The notes under the pieces: generated by a model | What the model was told of the DNA's origin: nothing | The model's database searches: none | The model's input: the letters and a program-made list of their open reading frames with translations, nothing else | In this document: piece by piece, positions 47,553 to 57,602 of the stretch | Position numbering within the stretch: position 1 is the first letter of the stretch | Layout: each line of letters begins with the position of its first letter | Position numbers and translations under genes: made by a program | From: Patescibacteria group bacterium | GTDB lineage: Bacteria > Patescibacteriota > Minisyncoccia > Phycocordibacterales > Phycocordibacteraceae | NCBI GenBank assembly: GCA_038064595.1 | Contig: JBBTSV010000005.1 | Location: forward strand, 612 to 64,611 | Length of the DNA stretch: 64,000 nt | Reading direction: 5' to 3'

Positions 47553-48791
47553 ATGAACCGATGGTTATCGACGATCCTTTTTATCCTCATATCACTATTG
47601 TGGTGGAGCGCACCAGGCAGTGCTCTTGCGGTCGAATCTTCACTCCAGTCTCTCATTGATGCAAACAACGCACAGCTTCTTTCACTCCAAAATAAAATTG
47701 CCGAATATCAGAAACAGCTTGATGCTCTTGGAACTGAAAAAACGACTCTGAAAGCGGCCATCGATTCACTCACGATTACCCAACAAAAACTGACGACTCA
47801 GATCCAAGCCACTCAAAATAAGATACAGTCAGCAAATCTCCAGATTCAAAAACTCTCGGAGTCAATCGGGAACACTGAGGAAACGATTGGCGAAAACCAG
47901 TATGCGATAGCTAAAACGCTTCGAGAGATCGCACAGGCACAGACTGAATCATCATCACTTATCACTCACGTGCTTGCCACACACTCTTTTACCGATGCGT
48001 GGAAGATTACCGATGAGGCGATTCAGTTTAATACAGCGCTCGCTTCTGACATCGAGAAACTACGCGCCACAAAGCAACAGCTCTCGACAAACCGTTCGGC
48101 AGTGACAAAGACCAAAGAATCACTGGTCTCCCTGCAGCAAGATCTCTCGACCCAGAAACGTCAGGTACTTGCGAGTAAAACCGCCCAGCAAGAGCTCCTG
48201 ACTCAAACAAAAAATCAGGAGTCGAATTATCAAAAACTTCTTTCTCTTGCCAAATCAGAACTCGCAAGCTATTCGACCTTCACCACCAACGCTGGCGGCT
48301 CTAAGCTCTTGGCCAATCAGACTTCCTGTGACGACTGGGGTTGCTACTACAGTCAGCGTGACACACTTTGGGGAAACATGCCGCTCAATGGCACGCGCTT
48401 TCGACTCGCAAGCGATGGGTGTCTCGTCACGGCAATGGCGATGATAATGACTCACTATGGACATCGCGACGTAACGCCCGTAACCATTAATGTTGATTCA
48501 AATAATTTTGCCTCCTATTATCCGGCGTATCTCCTTTTCACGATCCGCGTCGATGGTGTGACCGCTACCCGCAAAGCAGCCACAATCGATGCGTCGCTTA
48601 ATAAAGGCGAGCCAGTGGTAGTCGGTGTGCATGCCTATGGCGGCACGCACTACGTGGTGCTCACCAGTGGGAGCCGCGGCAATTACCTCATGCGCGATCC
48701 CTATGTGGCGAATGGGAAAGATATCAGCTTCTCGAAACACTACTCGGTGAGCAATATCTTTGGTGTCTCCCGCGTGATTATCAGCGGCTAG
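47553..48791 (+). CDS. Secreted coiled-coil protein with C-terminal papain-like (C39-like) cysteine-peptidase domain
   Basis: Signal peptide, ~230-aa Q/L/T-rich coiled coil, then Cys-rich globular C-terminal domain; gene is AT-rich by eye compared with flanking murG/gltX. Confidence 0.55.
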   Translation: MNRWLSTILFILISLLWWSAPGSALAVESSLQSLIDANNAQLLSLQNKIAEYQKQLDALGTEKTTLKAAIDSLTITQQKLTTQIQATQNKIQSANLQIQKLSESIGNTEETIGENQYAIAKTLREIAQAQTESSSLITHVLATHSFTDAWKITDEAIQFNTALASDIEKLRATKQQLSTNRSAVTKTKESLVSLQQDLSTQKRQVLASKTAQQELLTQTKNQESNYQKLLSLAKSELASYSTFTTNAGGSKLLANQTSCDDWGCYYSQRDTLWGNMPLNGTRFRLASDGCLVTAMAMIMTHYGHRDVTPVTINVDSNNFASYYPAYLLFTIRVDGVTATRKAATIDASLNKGEPVVVGVHAYGGTHYVVLTSGSRGNYLMRDPYVANGKDISFSKHYSVSNIFGVSRVIISG

Positions 48792-49407
48792 TTCCGTCGC
48801 GCAGGCGCCAGAGGAGTAGGGAAGCGAAGGTACGAAAAGGCGCCCATTTCTCTGCTAGAGCAAGGGCTTTTTTATGTGACGTGTCTTTAGGCAGATCATA
48901 GAGCGTTTCCATAGCCCGAATGAGACCGAGGTCACCGACTGAAAAGACGTCCTCGCGCCCTAGGGCAAAAATAAGAAACATCTCGGTTGACCAAGGTCCT
49001 AAACCCCATATTTCCTGGAGTTTTTGACCCGCCTCTGCCTCGGGGAGCTTGCGTAGAGTAAGGAGGTCAAGGGAGCCATCTCGGCAAGCCGAGGCTATGG
49101 CCTTGAGCGTCTTCATCTTCGACCCTGACAGGCCAGCGGCGCGGAGTTTAAGATCGCTTGTCTTGAGGACAGACGTGGGGGTGAGCCGTTGTCCACAGGC
49201 AGCTTTAACCCTCTTATATATAGAATCAGCAGCTTTGGTCGCCAGTTGTTGAGAAACGACGATACCGCATAGCTCCTCAAAAAGCTTCGGACGGGAGGTT
49301 TTGCACGGTAATTCAGGAGGAATTGACTTATGGTATGCCAGTGTTGCGGTATAGAAGTGCGGGTCAACGCGCTTGAAGTGTTGCAGGGCAACAGTGCGCC
49401 GAGTCAT
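48781..49407 (-). CDS. HhH-GPD DNA glycosylase (AlkA-like 3-methyladenine glycosylase II)
   Basis: GLGPWSTEMFLIFALGREDVFSVGDLGL helix-hairpin-helix GPD motif with catalytic Asp. Confidence 0.8.
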   Translation of the reverse strand: MTRRTVALQHFKRVDPHFYTATLAYHKSIPPELPCKTSRPKLFEELCGIVVSQQLATKAADSIYKRVKAACGQRLTPTSVLKTSDLKLRAAGLSGSKMKTLKAIASACRDGSLDLLTLRKLPEAEAGQKLQEIWGLGPWSTEMFLIFALGREDVFSVGDLGLIRAMETLYDLPKDTSHKKALALAEKWAPFRTFASLLLWRLRDGTSR

Positions 49408-49457
49408 GCCAAGATCATACCACCGGTAGCGGGCCGTGATATACTGGAGGGCATCAT

Positions 49458-49653
49458 GATCCGGACCATCTTTTGGGTCTTTGTGTTCGTTCTCGCACTT
49501 TCATTTTTTGGTATCTCGATCCGCGCCATTGTAATGTCTCCTGCTGGTCAAGACAATTTTGTCTACCTCTTTCATCTCCTCATTCAAGCTTGGCAATGGA
49601 TAGTCGGCATTGTCGCTTCGATCTTCTACACGCTGACACACCTCTGGGCCTAG
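49458..49653 (+). CDS. Small membrane protein (65 aa)
   Basis: ATG 9 nt after GATATACTGG; two hydrophobic helices. Confidence 0.45.
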
Positions 49654-49740
49654 TGCGCAAAGCGATTGTGAACACTCCTCCTGAAGTGTTCACAATCCGA
49701 TCTTTTGCGAACCAGCCCCTCTGGGCCTAGTTCGCAAAAG
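49641..49740. repeat. Two 22-25-bp direct repeats flanking a 34-bp hairpin, between convergent genes
   Basis: cctctgggcctagtgcgcaaag (49641-49662), cctctgggcctagttcgcaaaag (49717-49740), hairpin gattgtgaacac...gtgttcacaatc (49664-49697). Confidence 0.6.
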
Positions 49741-49810
49741 ATATATTGTGCGCACTCTATACAGAGAGCCCGTGGCGTCAAAAACTCATATCCCCCCACT
49801 CTTCTCGTCA

Positions 49811-50554
49811 CTAACAGGTCACGTGCGCAATGATGTAGTCAAATGCTTCATCGACAGTGTCGACAAGGGTATAGAGATGCATATCTTCTTTATCAATCGC
49901 TTTATACTTTTCATACAGTACCGTTTCAAATACCTGTAACACAGGCGTCCAGTATTCCTTCCCTACCAAGACGAGGGGGACATTGCGGATCTTCTTGGTC
50001 TGGATGAGCGTGAGGATTTCAAAAAATTCATCCAGGGTGCCGAAGCCACCCGGGAAGTAGACATACACCTCGGAGGCGTAGGTGAGCATCACCTTGCGGA
50101 CAAAGAAGTGGTCGAAGCCAAATTTCTCGGTGAGGTAGGGGTTGTAATCCTGGGCTTGGGGTAGGTTGATGTTGAGTCCCACCGAGACCCCGCCGGCGTC
50201 AAAGGCGCCCTTATTGGCCGCCTGCATGATCCCCGAGCTCCCGCCGGTGATGACCGCGAAGCCACGCTTGGAGAGCCGGCCGGCGAGCTCAACCGCCTGC
50301 TTGTAGGAAGGGTCTTCAGGAGTCGCGCGGGCGCTCCCGAAGAAGGAGACCGCGAGCCCGTAGCGACGGATGATGTCAAATCCCTCGACAAACTCTGACA
50401 TGATCTTAAAGACACGCCACGACTCAATCTTCTTGGGCTTGCAGACCAGGAGTGGTTTGTCGACCGGTATGGTGCGATGCCCTTCGTGCACGATGTGCGC
50501 AAGACGCTCGGCGGTGTCATGCAGTGGAGCGCCTTGGACGAGCTCATCATTCAT
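49811..50554 (-). CDS. LOG-family protein (cytokinin riboside 5'-monophosphate phosphoribohydrolase-like, TIGR00730)
   Basis: PGGFGTLDEFFE and GGSSGIM motifs. Confidence 0.85.
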   Translation of the reverse strand: MNDELVQGAPLHDTAERLAHIVHEGHRTIPVDKPLLVCKPKKIESWRVFKIMSEFVEGFDIIRRYGLAVSFFGSARATPEDPSYKQAVELAGRLSKRGFAVITGGSSGIMQAANKGAFDAGGVSVGLNINLPQAQDYNPYLTEKFGFDHFFVRKVMLTYASEVYVYFPGGFGTLDEFFEILTLIQTKKIRNVPLVLVGKEYWTPVLQVFETVLYEKYKAIDKEDMHLYTLVDTVDEAFDYIIAHVTC

Positions 50555-50571
50555 GTGAGCATTGTAGCAGA

Positions 50572-50934
50572 TTAGAGCCCTTTACAACCAGACGCCGGAG
50601 CATAACCCGCGGCGAGAGCGGCTGCCGCAGAGGCAAAATAGACTTTATTCTTCTCCGAGATCCGATCCGCACCGCTGCAGGAAGTGAGATAATATTTGGT
50701 GCCGTACTTTGAGGCCACGATCTGCGTCATACTAGAAGACTCAATCTGGGGTGTGCCTCCTGCTCCTGCCTGCTGCGAACTCAGCTCTCTCCCCTGCCCC
50801 ACCGTCTGATGCGAGGCATAGCCGAGCCAAAAACTGATACTTGAGGCCACGATAATGAGCCCGACCACAAGAACATCTCGTGGGATTCTGGCCAAGAGAG
50901 TTTTGCATTTCTCCCGCGTATCTGCTATACTCAT
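50572..50934 (-). CDS. Hypothetical membrane-anchored protein (120 aa)
   Basis: One TM helix then Cys-containing periplasmic domain. Confidence 0.5.
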   Translation of the reverse strand: MSIADTREKCKTLLARIPRDVLVVGLIIVASSISFWLGYASHQTVGQGRELSSQQAGAGGTPQIESSSMTQIVASKYGTKYYLTSCSGADRISEKNKVYFASAAAALAAGYAPASGCKGL

Positions 50935-50953
50935 GCAGTAAAACTATACCACT

Positions 50954-51226
50954 ATGGCATCGACTAAAGCCGGCGGATCAGCCAAAAATCTCACCGATAG
51001 TAACCCACAGTATCTGGGGGTGAAGCTCGGTGATGGTGCTGCTGCTCGCCCGGGGATGGTGATCGTCCGCCAGCGCGGGACCAAAATCGAAGCTGGCAAG
51101 AATGTGAAGGTCGGCAAGGACCACACCCTCTTCTCCATCGCCACGGGCAAAGTCTCCTTCCGCAACCGCCGCAAGACGACCTTCGCCGGTCGCATCCTCA
51201 CCAAGAAAGTCGTCGACGTTATTTAA
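50954..51226 (+). CDS. rpmA: 50S ribosomal protein L27
   Basis: GGSAKN ... IVRQRGTKIEAGKNV ... KDHTLF canonical L27. Confidence 0.9.
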   Translation: MASTKAGGSAKNLTDSNPQYLGVKLGDGAAARPGMVIVRQRGTKIEAGKNVKVGKDHTLFSIATGKVSFRNRRKTTFAGRILTKKVVDVI

Positions 51227-51233
51227 ATAAAAG

Positions 51234-51265
51234 AAAACGCGGCGCCCTAGAGGGCGCCGCGTTTT
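51234..51265. terminator. Bidirectional rho-independent terminator
   Basis: aaaacgcggcgccc-taga-gggcgccgcgttttatttttg. Confidence 0.65.
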
Positions 51266-51272
51266 ATTTTTG

Positions 51273-51716
51273 TTATTCACTCTGAACAGTGACGGAGAAC
51301 TTGCCGAAGGTGTCGCCCACGGAGACGGGGATGTCGAAGGTACCGGCTTCTTTAATCGGCTTCTCGAGCTTAATCGCGTCCTCGGGGAGCTCGACGTGTG
51401 CCTGCTCCTTCACTGCTGCGAGTATCTCGGCCTCTTTGACGGCATCATAGAGGTGCCCCTTCTCATTGACCTTGGCAGTGACCACGATGCGCGCCTCGGC
51501 GAGCGTCGCGAGATTTTGCGCGAGGAGCGCGTGGTCGAGCTCTGCCCTATCACCCTCGGCCTTACGGCGCAGCCCTGCCTGTTGCTTGGCCACGGTGGTG
51601 GCCGCTATCGCGAGCTTCTTAGGAATTAAAAAGTTGAGCGCGTACCCGTCGGCAACGGTTATCTCTTCATGTGTGCGCCCACGCCCCTTCACATCTTTGG
51701 TCAAAATTACTTTCAT
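51273..51716 (-). CDS. rplI: 50S ribosomal protein L9
   Basis: [13 protein letters not shown]...; internal start of ORF-track entry 51273..51752. Confidence 0.9.
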   Translation of the reverse strand: MKVILTKDVKGRGRTHEEITVADGYALNFLIPKKLAIAATTVAKQQAGLRRKAEGDRAELDHALLAQNLATLAEARIVVTAKVNEKGHLYDAVKEAEILAAVKEQAHVELPEDAIKLEKPIKEAGTFDIPVSVGDTFGKFSVTVQSE

Positions 51717-51862
51717 ATCCCCCACCCTACTCGAAAGTGGAGAGAGTCGCAAGTGTATTTGGACAAGTCAGACTTGTATCCTTCATTCCATACTAAATCC
51801 TATAGGACAAATTATGGAACTTGAAAGTTTTGAACGAGTGCTGAGATTCTTGGACGGCATGC

Positions 51863-52438
51863 TTAGACCTTGAGTTTGAAATGTTCCCGAAAAGCTTTAT
51901 CTGACTCGAGGGCTTCAGCAACAAAAAAGCGCATCTCGCCAACGCCGCTCTTGAGATGTGCACGCACGAGAGAAATAAACTCGTCGCAAGGATACGGGTA
52001 TACCCAAACGCTGTCTTGCATACGTATAAATCCAGCTCCGTGGAGGAGCCGACGGAGCTGGGTACGAGCGCGACGTCGACGTTCGCTTATGTCGAAAATA
52101 AGCACACGCCACTTCCCGTCCCAAAATGCTGGTTCGGGGATCGCATACTCTCCAAACTCGATCTGTGCCATCAGCTCACGACCTTTGTCGGTTATCCAAA
52201 CGCGCTCACTCCTCCGTTCCCCAGTGACAGTCACGAGACCTGCACTTTTGAGTCGACTGATTCCTTGTGTGATACGTCGATACAGTTGTGTACGATTTTT
52301 TGCGGGACGATCCAATTCTTTCAGAAGACGCGTCATCTGCGGCGCAATGAGTGCGACGCTTATCACTCCAACAGTAACGAGTGAGCGAAGTAACAGATTT
52401 CGCATCGGTACCCGTCGTTGTTTCTGTTCTTTGGCCAT
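51863..52438 (-). CDS. PaaX-family transcriptional regulator-like protein
   Basis: Winged-helix (GLVTVTGERRSERVWITDKGRE) then PAFWDGKWRVLIF matching the PaaX PAWDGKWLLLL core. Confidence 0.6.
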   Translation of the reverse strand: MAKEQKQRRVPMRNLLLRSLVTVGVISVALIAPQMTRLLKELDRPAKNRTQLYRRITQGISRLKSAGLVTVTGERRSERVWITDKGRELMAQIEFGEYAIPEPAFWDGKWRVLIFDISERRRRARTQLRRLLHGAGFIRMQDSVWVYPYPCDEFISLVRAHLKSGVGEMRFFVAEALESDKAFREHFKLKV

Positions 52439-52533
52439 TGTTCCATATTATAGCCTATAGGATGTATCAAGGAATATTCGAAATCGTGTATCGTCGTGTA
52501 TCTGTGTGGTGAGGAATTCTCACCACATTGCAG

Positions 52534-53781
52534 CTATGTACCGGTCGTCAAAAATTCAACGGCGCGGGCTTTTTGCGGGTCAGTCTTGGCAGCCGCATCT
52601 TTGGCGCTATAGGGCACGATGATGTCGGGGGTGATGCCGTTACCCATAATCCAATGCCCGGCGGGAGTGACCCAGCGCGCGACGGTGACTTTGAGTGAGC
52701 CGCCATCAAGGTCGATGAGTGTCTGTACTGAACCTTTGCCAAATGACTTCGTCCCTATGACAGTCGCGACTTTGGCGTCTTGGAGTGCGCCCGCGACGAT
52801 CTCTGACGCTGAAGCAGAGCCGCCATCGACAAGCACGACGACCTTTGTCCCACTCGGGAGATCGTTGTAGCCAGCGCTTGTGTGCACCGCCTTCTCTTGA
52901 GTATCACCAAAATCTTCTATCACGACTTGTGCCCCTTTGGGGAGGAAGTGGCTTGCGATATCGACTGCCGCATCGAGGTAGCCGCCCGGATTCCCGCGCA
53001 AATCGACTATGAGCCTCGTCGCGCCCGACTCCTTGAAACGTCCGAATGCTTGATTAAAGAGGTCGGCGGAGTTGACGGTGAACTGATAAAGAGCGATTCG
53101 GTAGACTGGAGTATCTTTGACAAAGCCATCCTCCGTCTCAGGGACCTGGATCGTCGCGCGCGTGACCGAGACATCAAACGATTTACGGTCACGGATGAGG
53201 GTGAGCGTCACCACTGTCCCGATTGGCCCACGGATTTTGCTCACCGCCTCGTCGGTTGAGATACCGTCAGTCGACCTCCCGTCAATCGCGGCGATAATGT
53301 CGCCCGGCTGCATCCCCGCCGCTTCAGCAGGCGTCCCTTTCAATGGGGCGACCACCGTCAGTACGCGATCTTTCACATCGATCTCAACGCCGAGGCCGCC
53401 AAAACTCCCAGAGATACTCTCGGCAAACTTCTTTGCCTCAACGGGTGGGAAGAAGACGGTATAGGGATCGTTATACGAGTCGGCGAGCCCGCTGATCGCT
53501 CCATACAGTCGATCCTTGACGCTGGGGAGCGAGGTCGAGGCGTGGGTGATAACGTAGTTTTGGTTGAGTGCATTCCACGCTTTCCAAAAACTTGAGAGAT
53601 CGGCGCGCTGATCCGGCGTTGCGTCAAGCTGATCGCCAAAAAAGGGGGCGCGCTCGGCGATTACTGCGGGCGCGCCACTCCCTCCGACAACAACCCCTCC
53701 AATAAAAAAGGCTGCCGCAACGAGCGCATAGGAGACAGCGTGCTTGGTTACGCGTGGCGCACGACCGTGACTGTCCGACAT
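52534..53781 (-). CDS. Carboxyl-terminal processing protease (S41, PDZ-containing)
   Basis: IVDLRGNPGGYL and VLVDGGSASASEI S41 motifs, PDZ domain, N-terminal anchor. Confidence 0.85.
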   Translation of the reverse strand: MSDSHGRAPRVTKHAVSYALVAAAFFIGGVVVGGSGAPAVIAERAPFFGDQLDATPDQRADLSSFWKAWNALNQNYVITHASTSLPSVKDRLYGAISGLADSYNDPYTVFFPPVEAKKFAESISGSFGGLGVEIDVKDRVLTVVAPLKGTPAEAAGMQPGDIIAAIDGRSTDGISTDEAVSKIRGPIGTVVTLTLIRDRKSFDVSVTRATIQVPETEDGFVKDTPVYRIALYQFTVNSADLFNQAFGRFKESGATRLIVDLRGNPGGYLDAAVDIASHFLPKGAQVVIEDFGDTQEKAVHTSAGYNDLPSGTKVVVLVDGGSASASEIVAGALQDAKVATVIGTKSFGKGSVQTLIDLDGGSLKVTVARWVTPAGHWIMGNGITPDIIVPYSAKDAAAKTDPQKARAVEFLTTGT

Positions 53782-53840
53782 CGGTGCAGTGTACCACACC
53801 CCTTTTTTCAACCACACATACACTGTGGTATCCTACTCTC

Positions 53841-54761
53841 ATGATATTTCGACACGAGTACCGTGGGGGTGTCTGGGTCGATCTAGAGAAGCCTACGCCC
53901 GCTGAGATCCGCACGGTCTCTCTGGAGTTTGCGCTTAGTGAACGTTTTGAACGAGAGCTCCTCTCCCCCACCCCGACCCCACTCGTAACCGGGACTGAGC
54001 AAGAGGCCCTCTTGGTGCTCCACTTCCCTACCCAAGGCAGTGAGGAAGGTGAGACGAAGAGTCAAGAAATCGACTTCGTTGTCGGAAAAGATTTTATCCT
54101 CACCGTGCGCTATGAGATCATCGCACCTCTCCACCACCTCAAGAAACTCCTTGAAGCGCAGCAACTCATCGAGGGTAAAACGCAGATAACGACTGACGTA
54201 CTCCTCGAGATCCTCTTCGCGCATCTCTATACCTCTATGCGCGACCATATAAACCACATCGCCGACCATCTCACCCATGTTGAAAAAGATATGTTCGACG
54301 GACACGAGCGTGCCACGGTGCGTTCTATCTCAAACATCAGCCGCTCCTTCCTTCACCTTGAGGCGGCGCTCGCTAGCCAGGAGGAGTCGATGGCACACTT
54401 CTTTGATACCCTTATTCAGCGGGGTCTCTTTGGACGCACGTTTGTCAGCCGCTCGGAGCGGATAATGGGCGAGCGAGCGCATATCGCCCGAATCGTGAAG
54501 ACACACCGTGCAACGACTACCGAGCTGCGTGAGACCAATATCGCCTTGGTTGAGACACGTCAAAATGAAATCATGCGCACTCTGACGATCGTCAATATCA
54601 TCTTCCTCCCGCTCGGCCTCATCAGCTGGGTATTTGCGATGCGCGCCGAAGGGATGCCGATCATCGACTCGCCACACGCGTTCTGGATTATCCTCGCCGG
54701 CATGCTTTGCGTCGCTGTCACGATGATTGTGTTCTTTATACGAAAAAAGTGGATCTTCTAG
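53841..54761 (+). CDS. CorA-family divalent-cation transporter
   Basis: Cytoplasmic domain plus two C-terminal TM helices with (GMN-like) AEGMP loop; ATG follows TGGTATCCTACT. Confidence 0.7.
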   Translation: MIFRHEYRGGVWVDLEKPTPAEIRTVSLEFALSERFERELLSPTPTPLVTGTEQEALLVLHFPTQGSEEGETKSQEIDFVVGKDFILTVRYEIIAPLHHLKKLLEAQQLIEGKTQITTDVLLEILFAHLYTSMRDHINHIADHLTHVEKDMFDGHERATVRSISNISRSFLHLEAALASQEESMAHFFDTLIQRGLFGRTFVSRSERIMGERAHIARIVKTHRATTTELRETNIALVETRQNEIMRTLTIVNIIFLPLGLISWVFAMRAEGMPIIDSPHAFWIILAGMLCVAVTMIVFFIRKKWIF

Positions 54762-54764
54762 GGT

Positions 54765-56231
54765 ATGCACTGGTTCCGCGCGCTCTTCAAGAAAAAAACT
54801 TCTTCAATAATCCCGACAGCGGCGCCGGTTTTCTTCACTAATACCCTCTCTGGAAATAAAGAGACCTTCGTCTCAATTAAACCGGGTCTGGTGCTCCTCT
54901 ATACCTGCGGACCTACCGTCTACGGCCCCGCACTTGTTGGTAACTTGCGTGCCTATATCTTCTCTGACACGATTGTCCGCGCCCTCGAGGGTGCTGGGTA
55001 TCGCGTAAAGCGGGTCATCAACATAACTGACTTTGGTCACCTGGTCTCTGACGGCGACGAGGGTGAAGACAAGATGACCAAGGGGCTTAAGCGGGAGCAC
55101 ATGAAGCTCACTATGGAGAACATGCACATCCTCGCTGAGCGCTATGCCGACACATTTATAGCCGACCTTGAGTCGCTTGCGGTTGACGTGAGCGTGATCT
55201 CCTTTCCGCGGGCGAGTGATTATGTCGCCGAACAGATCGCGCTTATCAGTACACTCGAGCAGAAGGAGTATGCCTACCGCACTAAAGCGGGGGTCTACTT
55301 CGACACATCCCGCTTCCCGAGCTACGGGAAGCTCGGACACCTAAACCTAGAAGCACAACAAGAGAGCGGGCGAGCGCTTGAGAACATTGAGAAGCGACAT
55401 CCCGCTGACTTTGTCCTCTGGAAGCCAGATGCGAAGCTCGGGTGGCCAAGTCCGTGGGGTCACGGTTTTCCGGGTTGGCATGTTGAGTGTTCTGCAATGT
55501 CACGTGCGCTCCTCGGTCAAGAGATCGACATTCACACCGGAGGTGAGGACCATATCGCGGTGCACCACAACAACGAGATCGCCCAGTCTGAAGCAGCAAG
55601 TGGCCGCACCTTTGTCCACTACTGGATGCACAACGCCTTTCTCACCGCCGGCGGGGAGAAGATCTCAAAGTCACTCGGCAATGGCTTCACGCTTGCTGAT
55701 GTCGTCGAGAAAGGCATCCACCCGCTCGCGCTCCGCTACTTCTTTCTCCAGGCACACTACCGCACCCCGCTCTCCTTCTCCTTCGACGCACTCGCAGGCG
55801 CCGCAGAAGCGCTGAATCGCTTGTGGAAGTTCTCACGAGAAATAAGCACAGAGTCACTGCAGGAGACGGCACCGTCAGAGGCACTCCAGCGCTTTCTGGC
55901 AGCGATGCGCGACGATCTGGCGACACCCCAAGCAATCGGCATTCTTTGGGAGTCGCTCAAGAGTGAAGATCTTACGCCGGAGGAGAAGTGGGGGCTTCTC
56001 GTGGCGGCCGACGAACACTTAGGTCTTTCGCTAAAGACCCCACCCGTGCTCAAAACACTCGCCGCTGCTGATCTCTCCCCCGAGCTGCAGGACATATTGA
56101 CAAGGCGCGAAGAAGCTCGTAAAAAGGGGGACTTTGTCCACGCTGACCTCCTCCGAGATGAACTTCAAAAACGGGGATATCGTGTGGATGACGGGCTACA
56201 CGGCCCCGTGTTGACTCCGACCACTCTTTGA
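54765..56231 (+). CDS. cysS: Cysteinyl-tRNA synthetase
   Basis: CGPTVY, HIGH-like region, KISKS (KMSKS); start uncertain (N-terminal extension). Confidence 0.9.
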   Translation: MHWFRALFKKKTSSIIPTAAPVFFTNTLSGNKETFVSIKPGLVLLYTCGPTVYGPALVGNLRAYIFSDTIVRALEGAGYRVKRVINITDFGHLVSDGDEGEDKMTKGLKREHMKLTMENMHILAERYADTFIADLESLAVDVSVISFPRASDYVAEQIALISTLEQKEYAYRTKAGVYFDTSRFPSYGKLGHLNLEAQQESGRALENIEKRHPADFVLWKPDAKLGWPSPWGHGFPGWHVECSAMSRALLGQEIDIHTGGEDHIAVHHNNEIAQSEAASGRTFVHYWMHNAFLTAGGEKISKSLGNGFTLADVVEKGIHPLALRYFFLQAHYRTPLSFSFDALAGAAEALNRLWKFSREISTESLQETAPSEALQRFLAAMRDDLATPQAIGILWESLKSEDLTPEEKWGLLVAADEHLGLSLKTPPVLKTLAAADLSPELQDILTRREEARKKGDFVHADLLRDELQKRGYRVDDGLHGPVLTPTTL

Positions 56232-56243
56232 TACACTGGGGGG

Positions 56244-57602
56244 ATGGCCACCTCGGATCGCATTCCTCCACAATCGCTCGAGTCTGAGCGCGCGCTCCTG
56301 GGAGCTCTATTACTTAAACCAGAGGCGATTCACGACGTTTCGGATCTCATCCATTCAGAATCGTTTTATGCCGAAAAGCACCGACTTATCTTTGCGGCGA
56401 TGCGCGAGCTTGCTGACCGAGGTAACCCGATCGATCAACTCTCCCTTTCCGAACGTCTTCTCGACCAGGGACTTCTGGAGCGCGCTGGCGGCCGCAGCTA
56501 CCTCGCCGAGCTCGCAGGCTCCGCACCCACGCCCGGAAACTTCTCGCACTATGCAGAGCTCGTCTCACGCAAATATTTAATGCGTGCCCTCATCGACGCC
56601 GCCTACGGGATCACCGAGTCCGCCTTTGACGATGCGCGCGAGACGATGGAGGTCTTGGATGAGGCAGAGAAAAGTATCTACGCCATCGGTAACGCTTCTG
56701 CCGCGCACAAGTTCACCGCCATCGGCGATAAAATTCACGAAGCGTGGGAGCGTATTGAAGCGCTCTCGCATAAAGAAGACGGAATCCGTGGCGTCCCCTC
56801 CGGCTTCCCTACCCTCGATAACCTCCTCTCTGGCTTCCATCCGTCTGATCTCATCATCCTCGCTGCGCGCCCCTCGATGGGTAAGACCTCCTTAGCGCTC
56901 GATATCGCGCGCAACGCAGCGGTACGCCACAACGTACCGGTCGGCATTTTCTCCCTAGAGATGAGCTCGGAGCAGCTCATTGACCGTATGCTCGCGGCAG
57001 AGTCGTTCGTCAACTCATGGAAGCTGCGCACGGGCCAAGTCAAAGAGGAGGAGGACTTTAACCGCATCCGCGACGCGCTTGAGGTACTCTCCAAGGCGCC
57101 GATCTATATCGACGACAAGCCCGGTAACAATATCCTCGCGATGCGTGCGGTCGCGCGCCGCCTCAAGCGCGAGCGCGGGATTGGCCTCATTGTGGTCGAC
57201 TATCTCCAGCTTATGGCGCCCACAACCACCAAAGCGTCTGACTCTATGGTGCAGCAGGTGACCGAGATCTCGCGCTCACTCAAGTCGCTTGCGCGCGAGC
57301 TCGAGGTGCCCGTCATAGCACTCTCACAGCTCTCGCGCGCCGTCGAGCAGCGCGGCGGCAAGCCTCGTCTCTCTGACTTGCGCGACTCGGGCTCGATCGA
57401 GCAAGACGCTGACGTCGTGATGTTCATCCACCGTGAGGATAAAAGCAATAAAGAGAGCGATCGCCCCGGCGTTGCTGAAATTCTTATTGAGAAACACCGC
57501 AATGGCCCCACCGGGAAGACCGAGCTCTACTTCGACGAGAAGCGCGCGACCTTCCAGCCGATGGACACCGCAGGCTACGGAGAGCTCGCGCAAGAATTTT
57601 AA
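56244..57602 (+). CDS. dnaB: Replicative DNA helicase DnaB
   Basis: 452 aa; Walker A GARPSMGKTS, DnaB N- and C-domains. Confidence 0.95.
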   Translation: MATSDRIPPQSLESERALLGALLLKPEAIHDVSDLIHSESFYAEKHRLIFAAMRELADRGNPIDQLSLSERLLDQGLLERAGGRSYLAELAGSAPTPGNFSHYAELVSRKYLMRALIDAAYGITESAFDDARETMEVLDEAEKSIYAIGNASAAHKFTAIGDKIHEAWERIEALSHKEDGIRGVPSGFPTLDNLLSGFHPSDLIILAARPSMGKTSLALDIARNAAVRHNVPVGIFSLEMSSEQLIDRMLAAESFVNSWKLRTGQVKEEEDFNRIRDALEVLSKAPIYIDDKPGNNILAMRAVARRLKRERGIGLIVVDYLQLMAPTTTKASDSMVQQVTEISRSLKSLARELEVPVIALSQLSRAVEQRGGKPRLSDLRDSGSIEQDADVVMFIHREDKSNKESDRPGVAEILIEKHRNGPTGKTELYFDEKRATFQPMDTAGYGELAQEF

